64,000 bases of DNA from contig CAWGJT010000006.1 of assembly GCA_963822965.1 (NCBI GenBank), forward strand, positions 384,001-448,000, given 5' to 3'. This document shows, one piece after another, positions 9,168 through 19,010 of this stretch (position 1 is the stretch's first letter; the number at the start of each line of letters is the position of its first letter). A program made the translations under genes and the position numbers. A model generated the notes under the pieces. The model was not told the DNA's origin. It made no database searches and was given only the letters and a program-made list of their open reading frames with translations. This DNA comes from an uncultured delta proteobacterium. Lineage in GTDB: Bacteria > Myxococcota_A > UBA9160 > UBA4427.

Positions 9168-10577
9168 TCAGGCGCGTGCGTCCGCCATGCGGAGCGGTGC
9201 CCGCCCGACACCGGGCCAGATGCGCAGGCACCCGAAGGCGCTGCGCACCGCGATCCACAGCAGCACGACGGCCCACACGGCGTCGAGTCGCGGCGGCCCG
9301 GGCGCACCGCGCGCCTGGGCCTCGACGGCGCCGAGCCCGGCCAGCCCGAGCCCGCTCGCCACCAGCATTCCGTTGCGCAGGTAGGCGTAGTCCCGGGTAC
9401 CCCAGTGGATGCCGTCGGTCACGAACGACAGCGCCGACAAGGGCTGGGACAGCACGAAGACCGGCCAGGCCGCCGCGAAGACCTCCCGCGAGCCTGGCGG
9501 CACGAGCAGCGCGGCCACGGCTGGCTCGAAGAGCCACAGGAGCAGCGAGAGGGCGAACCCGGTACCGAGCCCCCACGCCACTCCCAGCCTCGCCACGTGC
9601 AGCGCCAGCGCCGGCCGCGCCGCACCGCGGAAGTATGCGATCAGGCTCTGGGTGCTGGCCGCGTAGGCGTCCAGCAGGAACGCGAGCAGCATCCACACCT
9701 GTCGGATGGCCTGGTGGGCGGCGCCGGCGGTGGCTCCCATCTGCAGCGCGACCCGGGTCGCGACCAGCATGAAGCCCAGCAGCGCCGCGGTGCGGATCAC
9801 CATGTCGCGACCGACCACGAAGAGCGCGCCGACGCGCGCCGGCTCGAAGCGCCAGCTCCAGCCGATGCGCTGCACGACCAGCGCGCCCGCGAAGGCCGCC
9901 CCGCCGATCTGGCTCGCCACGGTCGCCCACGCCGCACCGGCGATGCCCAGCGCAGGCACCGGTCCCCAGCCGAGCACCAGCACGGCGTCGAGCGCGACGT
10001 TCACCAGGGACATTCCCCCGGCGATCCACATGGGCGTGCGCATGTCCTGCAGGCCGCGCAGCGCACCGAAGGCGGCAGCCAGCGCCAGGGTGACGGGAAA
10101 GCCCACGAGCCGGATCTCGACGTACCGCGTGGTGGCCGAGCGGATCGACGGGTCGTCGCTCATCCACGCCACCAGTCCATCGAGAACGGCGAGCACCCCG
10201 AGCGCCGAGAGCAGCCCCAGCGCCAGCGACACCCCGATGGCGAGGCTCGCGACCCGCCGCGCCTCGGTCTGACGCTGCTCGCCGAGCAGCTGCCCCAGCT
10301 CGGTCTGGGTGCCGACGCCCAGGAAGTTGAACACCCAGAGCACGCTCGAGAGGATGGCCGTCGCGGCCCCCAGCGCGGCCGCCTCGGGTGCTCCCAGCCG
10401 TTCGACGAAGGCCGTGTCGACGACGCCGGCCAGGGGCTCGGCCACGAGCGAGAGCATCACCGGGAGCGACAGCGCCATCAGCGTCCGGTGCGGATGCGCC
10501 TCGAAGGGATGCGGCACCCCCGCCCGCTCCCCGGCACGCAGCGGCCGCGCGCTGGCCTCGCCGGAATCCGGCTGCAT
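9168..10577 (-). CDS. MATE family efflux transporter (DinF-like)
   Basis: LVAEPLAGVVDTAFVERLG, LRGLQDMRTP, GIAGAAWAT, AAHQAIRQVW, DGIHWGTRD. Confidence 0.92.
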   Translation of the reverse strand: MQPDSGEASARPLRAGERAGVPHPFEAHPHRTLMALSLPVMLSLVAEPLAGVVDTAFVERLGAPEAAALGAATAILSSVLWVFNFLGVGTQTELGQLLGEQRQTEARRVASLAIGVSLALGLLSALGVLAVLDGLVAWMSDDPSIRSATTRYVEIRLVGFPVTLALAAAFGALRGLQDMRTPMWIAGGMSLVNVALDAVLVLGWGPVPALGIAGAAWATVASQIGGAAFAGALVVQRIGWSWRFEPARVGALFVVGRDMVIRTAALLGFMLVATRVALQMGATAGAAHQAIRQVWMLLAFLLDAYAASTQSLIAYFRGAARPALALHVARLGVAWGLGTGFALSLLLWLFEPAVAALLVPPGSREVFAAAWPVFVLSQPLSALSFVTDGIHWGTRDYAYLRNGMLVASGLGLAGLGAVEAQARGAPGPPRLDAVWAVVLLWIAVRSAFGCLRIWPGVGRAPLRMADARA

Positions 10578-11359
10578 CAACGACCGTGGAAGCGCGGCGC
10601 CCGCTTCTCGAGGAACGCGCGGACTCCCTCCTGGTGGTCCTCGCTCGCCAGGCAGGCGGCGATGGCCGCCTCGCAGGCGGCGAGATCGCGATGCTCGGGG
10701 TCCCGCAGCGCGTTCGCGATGGCGACCTTGGCGGCGCGCAGGCTGAGGGGCGCGTTCCCGGCGATCCGCTCCGCCAGCTCGCGCACCGCGGGCTCCAGGG
10801 AGGAGCGGGGAACCACGCGGTTCACGAGCCCCATGCCCACTGCCTCGTCCGCCGAGAAGCGGCGGCCGCTGAACAGCATCTCCGAGGCATGGGCGGGCCC
10901 CACGAGGTCCACCAGGGCCTTCACCGCGAAGAGCGGATAGCCGACTCCCAGCCGCGCCGCGGGGATTCCGAAGCGCGCGTCGTCCGCCGCGATGCGGATG
11001 TCCGCCCCGAGCGCCACCGCCACGCCGCCGCCGATGCAGTAGCCGCGGATCATCGCGACGAGGGGCTTCTCGAGGGCCACCAGCCCCGCTCCGCCGGCCT
11101 CGCGGGCGCCGGCGCCGGGCTCGGCCTCACCGAACTCCGAGATGTCGGCGCCGGAGACGAAGGCCCGGTCGCCGGCGCCGCGCATCACGACGACGCGCAC
11201 CTCCGGCGCGCGTTGGAAGGCGTCGAAGGCCACCGGCAGCGCCCGCTGCATCTCGTTGGTGAGGGCGTTGCGTCGCTCCGGGTGGTCGAAGGTGAGCCAG
11301 CCGACGGCGCCGTCGATCTCGGCCACGAGCCGTTCGGTCCCGAGCGCGATCCGCTGCAT
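10577..11359 (-). CDS. Enoyl-CoA hydratase/isomerase
   Basis: PERRNAL, AFVSGADISEF, GYCIGGG, FGIPAARLGVGY, EGVRAFLEKRAPRF. Confidence 0.93.
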   Translation of the reverse strand: MQRIALGTERLVAEIDGAVGWLTFDHPERRNALTNEMQRALPVAFDAFQRAPEVRVVVMRGAGDRAFVSGADISEFGEAEPGAGAREAGGAGLVALEKPLVAMIRGYCIGGGVAVALGADIRIAADDARFGIPAARLGVGYPLFAVKALVDLVGPAHASEMLFSGRRFSADEAVGMGLVNRVVPRSSLEPAVRELAERIAGNAPLSLRAAKVAIANALRDPEHRDLAACEAAIAACLASEDHQEGVRAFLEKRAPRFHGR

Positions 11360-11459
11360 GGCTTCCCCCTGGCGCCGGCCGATGCGGCCCTGGAGCGGCG
11401 CTCCGCAGGGGGCATCGTTCGGGTGCGAGCATAGCGGCGGCGGGCCGGCGACCGGGCGA

Positions 11460-12359
11460 TCACGCCCCGAAGAAGTCGCGCAGCGCCACGAGAAAGCTCC
11501 GCGCCGCCAGGGTGAGGTAGCGCCCCTGCTTGTAGACCACCCCCATCTCGGTGCGCGGGCCACGCTCGAGGTCGGCGAGGGCCACGCTGGCCAGGGTGCC
11601 GGCCGCCACCTCCTCCTGGACCGCCATGGCGGGCACCACCGACAGGCCCGCGTCCACGCGCACGAAGCGCTTGATGACCTCGATCGACGACAGCTCCATC
11701 TTCACGGTCAACGCGGCCCCCGCCTCCCGGCAGACGGCGTCGAGCAGCCGGCGGGACGAGCACTGGTCGTCCAACAGGATGAACGGGTAGCGCTCGAGGT
11801 CCTTCAGGTGGATGCGACGGCGGCGCGCCAGCCGGTGCGCGGGGTGGCAGATCAGGACGTCCTGCCGGCGAAACAGCGGAATCGCCTCGAGCCCCGCCGG
11901 CATCCCGCGCAGGGTGACGATCCCGAGGTCCACCTCGTGGTCGAGCACCGCCTGGGCCGTACGCGGAGACGTCGCGTTGCGGATCACGATCTCGATGCCG
12001 GGATGGGCGGCGCGATAGCGCTGCAGGATGTCGGGCAGGCGATAGCAGCCGGTGGTGTCGGAGGCGCAGATCACCAGGCGCCCCCGCTCCATGCGATCGA
12101 GGTCCGAGAGCTGCTGCCGGGCCTGCTCGAGCAGGGCCTCGGTCTGCTGCACGTAGCCCAGCAGCACGGCTCCCGCTTCGGTCAGCTCCACGCGCTTGGT
12201 GGTGCGGTCCAGCAGGCGACGTCCCACGGTCTCCTCGAGCTTCGCCACCTGCAGGCTCACCGCCGACTGGGACCGGAACAGCGCCTCTCCTGCCTTCGAG
12301 AAGCTCCCGAGCCGCGCCACCGTCGCGAACGTCCGCATCGCCTCGTAGGGCCAGTCCAC
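11460..12359 (-). CDS. LysR family transcriptional regulator, divergent from guaB
   Basis: SFSKAGEALFRSQSAVSLQVAKLE HTH; GTG start with GGGGAGG RBS (alternative ATG at 12404). Confidence 0.95.
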   Translation of the reverse strand: MDWPYEAMRTFATVARLGSFSKAGEALFRSQSAVSLQVAKLEETVGRRLLDRTTKRVELTEAGAVLLGYVQQTEALLEQARQQLSDLDRMERGRLVICASDTTGCYRLPDILQRYRAAHPGIEIVIRNATSPRTAQAVLDHEVDLGIVTLRGMPAGLEAIPLFRRQDVLICHPAHRLARRRRIHLKDLERYPFILLDDQCSSRRLLDAVCREAGAALTVKMELSSIEVIKRFVRVDAGLSVVPAMAVQEEVAAGTLASVALADLERGPRTEMGVVYKQGRYLTLAARSFLVALRDFFGA

Positions 12360-12406
12360 CCCCTCCCCCTCCCCGGAGACGCCGCGCCGGCGGCCACTCC
12401 TCATTC

Positions 12407-12472
12407 ATCTCGAATTTCGATCAATGTCATGAACATTATCAATTTGAACAATAATCGGGCGACCCGTACCCT
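12407..12472 (+). promoter_or_regulatory. LysR operator pair and guaB promoter
   Basis: AT-rich island; ATC-N9-GAT at 12407-12421 and a second T-N11-A at 12430-12442, 22 bp apart; TTGAAC(12444)-N17-TACCCT(12467). Confidence 0.7.
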
Positions 12473-12556
12473 GCGCGCCCATCCCGTCCCGCGCCGCCTC
12501 TCGCCACGAAGGGCGGCGAGGCACGACGCGGGGCCACGAGAACAGGAGGCAGAGGC

Positions 12557-14065
12557 ATGGCCACGGTGCGCACCCGGCTCTCCCGCAGCTTGAAGGAATT
12601 CCGGCTGCTGCCCGCTCTCACCCCGAGCGACGGCGGCATGGACGCGGTCTCTCTCGAGACTTCCGCGTGCCGCGCGACCGGGGAGCCGGAAGGCTGCATC
12701 CGCCTCTCCCTTCCCTTCGTGAGCGCGGCCATGCAGGCGGTGACCGGACCCGAGATGGCCATCGCCGTCGCCCAGCTCGGCGGCATCGGCGTCGTGCCGG
12801 TGAGCCAGCCGGTGGAAGACCAGTGCCGGGCCGTGCAGGCCGTCAAGCGGTTCCAGGCGGGCTTCCAGACGGACCTGCGAACCCTGTCGCCCCAGCAGCC
12901 CCTCGGCGAGGTGGCGCGGCTCATCGAAGAGACGGGCCATACGCGCTTTCCGGTCACCGACACCGGCCTCTTCCACGGACGCCTGCTGGGCGTTCTCACC
13001 GACAACGACTTCGATCCCCGCCGCGATCTCGCGTTCCGCGTGGCGGACCGTATGCGCAAGGACGTGCAGGCGGGGGTGGAGACCTTCGACCTCGACGAAG
13101 CCAACCGGCTGATGATCGAGACCGGGCGCGGGTTCCTCCCGATCGTCTCCGAAGAAGGAACGCTGCTCGCGGTGGTGTTCCAGAAGGACCGTGACAAGCA
13201 CCTGCGCCATCCCGCCGGCACGGTGGACGCTCAGCGCCGGCTGCGGGTGGCGGCGGCCGTCTCCACCCACCCGGAGGATCGGGAGCGGGTGCGTGCCCTG
13301 CTGGAGCACGACCCCGACGTGCTTGTGATCGACGCCTCGCACGGGCACAGCGCCCACCAGGCGGACACGATCCGCTTCCTCAAGTCCCGGTCGCAGGCTC
13401 CCGTCGTCGCGGGCAACGTCGTCACCGGCCCGGGCTTCCTGCACCTGGCGGAAGCCGGCGCGGACGCGGTGAAGGTCGGCATGGGGATCGGATCCGGCTG
13501 CACCACCCAGGAGACCAAGGCCACGGGCCGGGGGCAGGCCACGGCGCTCCGCGAGGTGGCGGCGGCGCGGGACCGGCTGGCACAGGAGACGGGGGTGCGG
13601 CTTCCGCTGGTGGCGGACGGAGGCATCGCCGGCCCTGCCGAGATCGTGGTGGCGCTCGCCCTGGGCGCGGACGCGGTGATGCTCGGCAACCTGTTCGCGC
13701 GCTTCAGCGAGAGCCCGGGCACCCTCGTCCGCGGCGCCCGCGGACAGGACTTCAAGGAGTACTGGATGGAGGGGAGCCGGCGGGCGGCGAATGCGCGCCG
13801 CTATGCCCAGAGCCGCCGTCTCTTCTTCGAGGAGGGCATCGAAGGCTTCGTGCCCCACGAGGGATCGGTCTACGAAGGCCTGCCCCGGATCGCCCTGGCC
13901 GTGCGCTCGGCGCTGGCGACGGCGGGCTGCCGCAGCATCCGGGAGCTCCAGGAACGAGCCGTCCTCGAGCCCCAGTCCGAGGCGAGCCTGCGAGACGCGG
14001 CCGTGTCGGGAATGGAGCGAGCCGCCCTGCCCGGCGCGGCCCGCTACACTCCGCCGGTCGCGTGA
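12557..14065 (+). CDS. guaB: IMP dehydrogenase with CBS pair
   Basis: PFVSAAMQAVT, IDASHGHS, AGNVV, GIGSGCTTQE (catalytic Cys), ADGGI, EYWMEGS..RRY, FEEGIEG. Confidence 0.92.
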   Translation: MATVRTRLSRSLKEFRLLPALTPSDGGMDAVSLETSACRATGEPEGCIRLSLPFVSAAMQAVTGPEMAIAVAQLGGIGVVPVSQPVEDQCRAVQAVKRFQAGFQTDLRTLSPQQPLGEVARLIEETGHTRFPVTDTGLFHGRLLGVLTDNDFDPRRDLAFRVADRMRKDVQAGVETFDLDEANRLMIETGRGFLPIVSEEGTLLAVVFQKDRDKHLRHPAGTVDAQRRLRVAAAVSTHPEDRERVRALLEHDPDVLVIDASHGHSAHQADTIRFLKSRSQAPVVAGNVVTGPGFLHLAEAGADAVKVGMGIGSGCTTQETKATGRGQATALREVAAARDRLAQETGVRLPLVADGGIAGPAEIVVALALGADAVMLGNLFARFSESPGTLVRGARGQDFKEYWMEGSRRAANARRYAQSRRLFFEEGIEGFVPHEGSVYEGLPRIALAVRSALATAGCRSIRELQERAVLEPQSEASLRDAAVSGMERAALPGAARYTPPVA

Positions 14066-14104
14066 ACCCGATCGCCGCCGGCGGTGCCTCTAGAGGCCGG
14101 CAAA

Positions 14105-14146
14105 CCCGGGAAGAGCCCGGGAAGAGCCCGGGAAGAGCCCGGGAAG
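14105..14146 (+). repeat. Tandem repeat of an 11-bp unit CCCGGGAAGAG, about 3.8 copies
   Basis: Read directly in the guaB-lepB intergenic region. Confidence 0.9.
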
Positions 14147-14213
14147 GACGGGCCCCGGGCCGGGCAGGCAGCCGCCGGGAACGAGAGCGAGCGAGAGGAA
14201 GCGAAGCCGGCGA

Positions 14214-14945
14214 ATGCATCCCGATCGTCACGACGAGACTGCAGCCAGGAGCCCTTCCAGGGCCACCGGTCGGCTGGTCGCCTTTGGCGGCTGGATCATG
14301 CCGGCCCTGCTCGCCATGGCGGTGATCCTCCCCCTGCGTTCGGCGGTCGCCGACTGGAACGACGTCCCCAGCGGATCCATGTGGCCCACCATCCTCGAGG
14401 GTGATCGCATCTTCGTCGACAAGCTCGCCTACGGCCTGCGGGTTCCCTTCACCACCGAGTGGATCCGCGAGTGGGACGGACCACAGCGAGGCGACATCAT
14501 CACGTTCGCGTCGCCCAAGGACGGAATCCGGCTCGTGAAGCGGGTGATCGGCATACCCGGTGACCACATCTCCATGTCCGACAACCGTCTCGAGGTGAAC
14601 GGCGAGCCGGTGGGATACCGGGACGTCGACGGCGCGGAGACCCAGACGCGCCTGGACGGTCACGACCTGAGCATGGTGGTCGCCAGCGAGTCGCTGCCGG
14701 GCTGCACGCACGACGTGGCCTTCACGCCGAGACTCATCGCACGCGACACCTTCGGTGAGGTGGTGGTCCCCGAAGGACACTACTTCTTCCTCGGTGACAA
14801 CCGCGACCAGAGCTACGACTCGCGCTTCATGGGCTTCGTCGCGCGCGATCAGATCTACGGCCGCGTGACCCACGTCGCGCTGTCCGTCGATCCCGAGCAC
14901 GGCTACTGGCCGCGCTTCGATCGCTGGTTCACCCCGATCCACTGA
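14214..14945 (+). CDS. lepB: Signal peptidase I
   Basis: VPSGSMWPT (Ser), LVKRVIGIPGD (Lys), GDNRDQSYDSRFMG. Confidence 0.96.
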   Translation: MHPDRHDETAARSPSRATGRLVAFGGWIMPALLAMAVILPLRSAVADWNDVPSGSMWPTILEGDRIFVDKLAYGLRVPFTTEWIREWDGPQRGDIITFASPKDGIRLVKRVIGIPGDHISMSDNRLEVNGEPVGYRDVDGAETQTRLDGHDLSMVVASESLPGCTHDVAFTPRLIARDTFGEVVVPEGHYFFLGDNRDQSYDSRFMGFVARDQIYGRVTHVALSVDPEHGYWPRFDRWFTPIH

Positions 14946-14964
14946 GCCGGCCACGCTCGCAACC

Positions 14965-15864
14965 ATGCACGACGGCGCCTCCGCCCGCTGCCCGATCTGT
15001 GGCGAGCTCGCCCGCCATCTCTACGACAAGGGGGGCCACTCCGTACATCGCTGCCGGGGCTGCGGCCTGGGCTTCGTCGGAGACCTGCCCACCGCCGAGG
15101 CGCTCGAACGCTTCTACGCGGCAGGCTACTACGACGCGGCTTCCCCGACCGAGAGCGGCGGCCTCGGCTACCACACGGCCTACACCGAGCTGGAGAGCGG
15201 GCTCAAGCGCATGTACGGCGACTTCCTGGACGGAGTGGAGCGCCGGCATCCGGGCAAGCGCTTCGCGCGGGTGCTCGACGTGGGCTGCGCGTACGGCTAC
15301 TTCCTGGACGTCGCACGCGAACGCCTCGCTCCCGCCGAGCTCGTGGGTCTCGACGTCACCCCCGAGGCCCGGGGAATCGCGGCGCGCGGCTACACGTTCC
15401 ACGCCGGCTTCATCGAGGACGTTCCCCTGCCGGAGGCGCACTTCGACCTCGTCTTCCTGGGTGACGCCTTCGAGCACGTGCGCGATCCCGTGCGCGTGGC
15501 GGACCGGCTGGCGAGCGTGCTCGCGCCCGGCGGCGTGCTGCTCCTCACCACCGTGGACTTCGACTCGGCCCTGGCCCGGCTGCTGGGCCGCCGCTGGCGC
15601 CTGATGAAGCCGCCGGAGCATCTCTTCTACTGGACCCGGCGCTCGCTCGAGCGCCTCTTCGGCGAACGGGGGCTCGCGAGCCGCTTCGACGACTACTGGC
15701 TCTACCTTCCCAAGGCCTACGTGTACCGCCAGTTCGAGATGCAGTTCGGGCTCCGGCCGCTCTTCCTGGCCTTGTGGCCCGGCGACGAGATCCCGATCTG
15801 GAGCTTCGACGTGCTGCTCGGCACGTTCACGAAGCCCGACCCCCCCGCGAAGCCGGCGACCTGA
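14965..15864 (+). CDS. Class I SAM methyltransferase with N-terminal Zn ribbon
   Basis: CPIC...CRGC, VLDVGCAYGYF, FEHVRDP, PPEHLFYW. Confidence 0.9.
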   Translation: MHDGASARCPICGELARHLYDKGGHSVHRCRGCGLGFVGDLPTAEALERFYAAGYYDAASPTESGGLGYHTAYTELESGLKRMYGDFLDGVERRHPGKRFARVLDVGCAYGYFLDVARERLAPAELVGLDVTPEARGIAARGYTFHAGFIEDVPLPEAHFDLVFLGDAFEHVRDPVRVADRLASVLAPGGVLLLTTVDFDSALARLLGRRWRLMKPPEHLFYWTRRSLERLFGERGLASRFDDYWLYLPKAYVYRQFEMQFGLRPLFLALWPGDEIPIWSFDVLLGTFTKPDPPAKPAT

Positions 15865-15939
15865 AACGACGCCCCGTCTCCGGCCACAGGGCCAGCGACG
15901 GAGCGCCAGCGGCCCGGGACAGCGCCAGCGAACAGAGCG

Positions 15940-16965
15940 CTAGGGACAGGTGGTGTTCCCATCGCAGACGTTCTCGCCGATCTCGGCGGGACCCGCCACC
16001 TGGGGGCTGCCGCCGTTGCCCGAGAGCACGTTGCCGCCGTAGCCATCCGAGGAGTTGCCGCTGATGGCGATCACGCTGCTGCTCCGGATCGCGTTGCCCG
16101 TGATGACCGTGCCGCCCGAGCCCGCCACGTCGATGGCGCTGTGGTTCTCGGAGAGCTGGTTGGCCTGGATCACCCCGCCCTGGCCGGCGTTCATGAAGAT
16201 CGCGGGACCGCCGCTCTGGGCGATCACGTTGTCGGTCACCACGCCGTCGTCCAGGTCCACGCCCTCGCTCGCGCTACCGAGGATGACGTTGCCGATCACC
16301 GAGCCGCGCTTGCCCGTGATCTCCACACCCTTGCCGCCGCTGCCCTCGACGCGGCTGCCGGAGATCGAGGAGCCCGGGCCCATCTGGACTCCCGCGCCCG
16401 ACGCGTTGCGGACCAGGCTCTCGTAGACGCCGCCGTTCACGCCCGTGCGGATCCCGATGCCTCCGGCCCCATCCACGATGCAGTCCCGCACCGTGGCGCG
16501 GCCGCCCACCGAGATGCCGATGCCGCCGTTTCCGATGACGCGGAGCCTCGAGACGTGCGAGTCGTCACCCACCCGGACGGCGGCGTCGCCCATGCCGACG
16601 ATGGTGCCGTTCGAGACCGCCGTGTTGTCGAGACCGCTGGCGTCCACGCCGACGCCGTTGCCCGGCAGACCGCAGTCCGGGCGGCACGGCGTCTTGTTCG
16701 CGATCACGAAGCCGTTGAGATCGATGCTCACGTCGTGGGCGCCGACCTCGATGGCGGTGGTGTTCAGCGAGTCGACCTCGAGATTGCTCGTGAGCCGGTA
16801 GCTTCCCGACGCCGTCAGCTTCACCGGGAAGCCCGGCGCGTCGCCCGCGCCGTCTCCGGCGAGCGCTCGGGTCTGGTTGATCTCGATCACGCCGTCCACG
16901 GCGAGCGCGGGCGTGGCGAGAACGACGTGCGCCACCACCAGGATGACGACCGGGTTGGTCCGCAT
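15940..16965 (-). CDS. Secreted right-handed parallel beta-helix protein
   Basis: Signal peptide, then DGVIEINQ..FPVKLTASGSYRLTSNL..IDLNGF, followed by G/N/V-rich coil repeats. Confidence 0.82.
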   Translation of the reverse strand: MRTNPVVILVVAHVVLATPALAVDGVIEINQTRALAGDGAGDAPGFPVKLTASGSYRLTSNLEVDSLNTTAIEVGAHDVSIDLNGFVIANKTPCRPDCGLPGNGVGVDASGLDNTAVSNGTIVGMGDAAVRVGDDSHVSRLRVIGNGGIGISVGGRATVRDCIVDGAGGIGIRTGVNGGVYESLVRNASGAGVQMGPGSSISGSRVEGSGGKGVEITGKRGSVIGNVILGSASEGVDLDDGVVTDNVIAQSGGPAIFMNAGQGGVIQANQLSENHSAIDVAGSGGTVITGNAIRSSSVIAISGNSSDGYGGNVLSGNGGSPQVAGPAEIGENVCDGNTTCP

Positions 16966-17042
16966 GGAGCTCCTCCGCTGTGCTTCTGCCCTTCCAGCCA
17001 TCCTAACACGGGGATGCGGCGCCGTGGAGCACGCCGGTCGGC

Positions 17043-17393
17043 TCAGTCCAGGGTCACCACCAACGAGCGCCGCGGACGCCCGCCCACCGCCCGGCTGCGG
17101 TGCCCGCGCCCGGTGGTGTCCTCGGCGAGCAGAATCTCTCCCGCCTCGAGCACACGCCTCGTGCCGTCGCCGAGCTCGATCTCCACGGCGGCGTCGAGAT
17201 TCACCACGTACTGGCGTCGCGGCGCGCAGTGGAAGTCGAAGTCGTAGCTTCCCTCCGTCTCGCGGAACGCCAGTCCCGTCGCCGTCTCGAGCCGCGAGAT
17301 CCAGCCGATGGCGCCACGGTCGACGAGCGGCACCTCCACGTCCTCGAAGTGCGATTCCCCGTCGTCGCCGGTGTAGATGCGCGTGATCTTCAT
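17043..17393 (-). CDS. Small cupin-fold conserved protein
   Basis: IYTGDDGESHFED, FHCAPRRQYVVNL, LAEDTTGRGH; GGAGG RBS. Confidence 0.82.
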   Translation of the reverse strand: MKITRIYTGDDGESHFEDVEVPLVDRGAIGWISRLETATGLAFRETEGSYDFDFHCAPRRQYVVNLDAAVEIELGDGTRRVLEAGEILLAEDTTGRGHRSRAVGGRPRRSLVVTLD

Positions 17394-17418
17394 CGCCTGG
17401 CCTCCTCGAAGGGTCCCC

Positions 17419-18243
17419 TCACGGCACCGCGACCGGCTCGCCGCCCCGCAGCACGAGGTACTGGCGGCGGGGGTCGTTCTGCAGACCGGCCTTGCGGGCG
17501 TCGGCCGTGCGGGTACGGGCACCGTCGGGTGCGTACTGCAGGATGTAGCTCCTGCGCACGCGGTCCGTGAGGTTCGGGCCGGTCCGGTGCGGGGTGAGCG
17601 ACGAGAAGACGACGATGTCCCCCGCTCGGGCGGGTACCGGAACCGCCTCCGGCGAGCTGACGACGCAGCGCCAGCCGAGGGGCGTGGACTCGTGGGCCAG
17701 GGTGCCGCGTCGATGCAGCCCGGGAATCACCCAGGGACAGCCGTTCCGCTCGTCCGTGTCGGTGAGGGCCAACCAGCACGTCAGGTACTGCTGGGGCTCG
17801 ATGTACGTGTACCCGTTGTCCTGGTGGAACGGAAACTCCTCGGGGTTGCCGGGCTTCTTGTAGACGGCCTGGTCCCAGTAGAGGCGCACGTCCGGGCCCA
17901 CCAGACCGCGGCAGAGGTCGAGGATCGGCGGGGCCGCGGAGAGCTCCCGCAGGAAGCGCGACCGCAGGACCAGGTGCGTGGTGAAGGTGATGGCGTCGGC
18001 CTTCGCGATGAAGAGCCGCCCTCCCTCGCGCGTGCGCAGGAACGCCTCGACCTCCTGCTCGAAGGGATCGATCTCGGCGACGGTACGCGCGACGGTGTCG
18101 GCGTCGAAGGCGGACTCGTAGAGCAGGAAGCCCGTCTCGTCGAAGCGGGCCGCCTGCGCGGCCGAGAGCCCGCGGCCGCTCCGAGGCGCCGACCGCCACG
18201 AGAAGTCCCGGTTGAGCGGATGCCGGGCGGGTACCTCGCTCAT
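17419..18243 (-). CDS. PhyH-family Fe(II)/2-oxoglutarate dioxygenase
   Basis: FPFHQDNGY, NGCPWVIPGLH, PHRTGPN..R. Confidence 0.92.
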   Translation of the reverse strand: MSEVPARHPLNRDFSWRSAPRSGRGLSAAQAARFDETGFLLYESAFDADTVARTVAEIDPFEQEVEAFLRTREGGRLFIAKADAITFTTHLVLRSRFLRELSAAPPILDLCRGLVGPDVRLYWDQAVYKKPGNPEEFPFHQDNGYTYIEPQQYLTCWLALTDTDERNGCPWVIPGLHRRGTLAHESTPLGWRCVVSSPEAVPVPARAGDIVVFSSLTPHRTGPNLTDRVRRSYILQYAPDGARTRTADARKAGLQNDPRRQYLVLRGGEPVAVP

Positions 18244-18998
18244 GGGATCGCGACGGGCCGCGGGATCGGCATCCAGTCGTTCACCGGGGAGGTGTCCCGG
18301 TCGCGGTCCACCGTCCCTTGCGACGCGTAGTGATAGACCATGGCGGCCCGACACCCCGACGAGGTGTTGTCCCGGGAGCAGTGCATCAGGTGGCTGTGGA
18401 AGACCAGCAGGTCTCCCGGCTCCATGGTGACGGGCACCGCGTCCCCCATGTCGTGGTCGACGATCTCCACGTAGCCCACGTTCGCGTGCGGCCGGCGGTC
18501 GGGCACGTGCGCGTGCACCGGCTCACGGTGGGAGCCCGGCAGCACGTGCAGGCAGCCGTTCTCCCGGGTGGCCTCGCTCACCGCCAGCCACACGCCCACC
18601 TGGGGCGAGCGATCGAAGTGGAAGTAGTACGAATCCTGGTGCCACGGCTGCCCCCAGGCGCCGGGGTTCTTGAAGATGAACTGGGACAGGAAGCAGTCGA
18701 GGTCGGGACCGAGGATCGGACGCACCCGCGCGAGCAGATCCTCGCGCGTCGCGAAGTCGCGGAAGACGGGATCCCGGTGCAGCCGGAAGACCTTGGAGAC
18801 GCGCTGCTCGGCCGGCGCGCCGGCCGCCACGCTGGCGCGCAGATTCGCCTCGGGCAGCACCAGGGCATCTCCGGCGGCGCCGGCGCCGCCGGCCTGGCGC
18901 GAGAGCTCCACGACCCGGGACAGCATCGCCCGGCAGACCGCCGGGTCGGCAAAGCCGCGTACCAGGAAGTAGCCGTCGCGCTCCCAGCCCGGATCCAT
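18240..18998 (-). CDS. PhyH-family Fe(II)/2-oxoglutarate dioxygenase
   Basis: QPWHQDSYY, ENGCLHVLPGSH, LMHCSRDN..R; ATGA-coupled to the next gene. Confidence 0.92.
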   Translation of the reverse strand: MDPGWERDGYFLVRGFADPAVCRAMLSRVVELSRQAGGAGAAGDALVLPEANLRASVAAGAPAEQRVSKVFRLHRDPVFRDFATREDLLARVRPILGPDLDCFLSQFIFKNPGAWGQPWHQDSYYFHFDRSPQVGVWLAVSEATRENGCLHVLPGSHREPVHAHVPDRRPHANVGYVEIVDHDMGDAVPVTMEPGDLLVFHSHLMHCSRDNTSSGCRAAMVYHYASQGTVDRDRDTSPVNDWMPIPRPVAIP

Positions 18999-19010
18999 GC
19001 CCCGAGATTA

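Noticed and set aside
14105..14146. 11-bp repeats as iterons or an operator array
   Set aside because: Simple GC-rich VNTR with no rep gene or AT-rich unwinding region nearby
14965..18998. Secondary-metabolite biosynthetic cluster (methyltransferase, PhyH pair, cupin)
   Set aside because: No scaffold-forming enzyme or precursor peptide, and gene orientations are mixed
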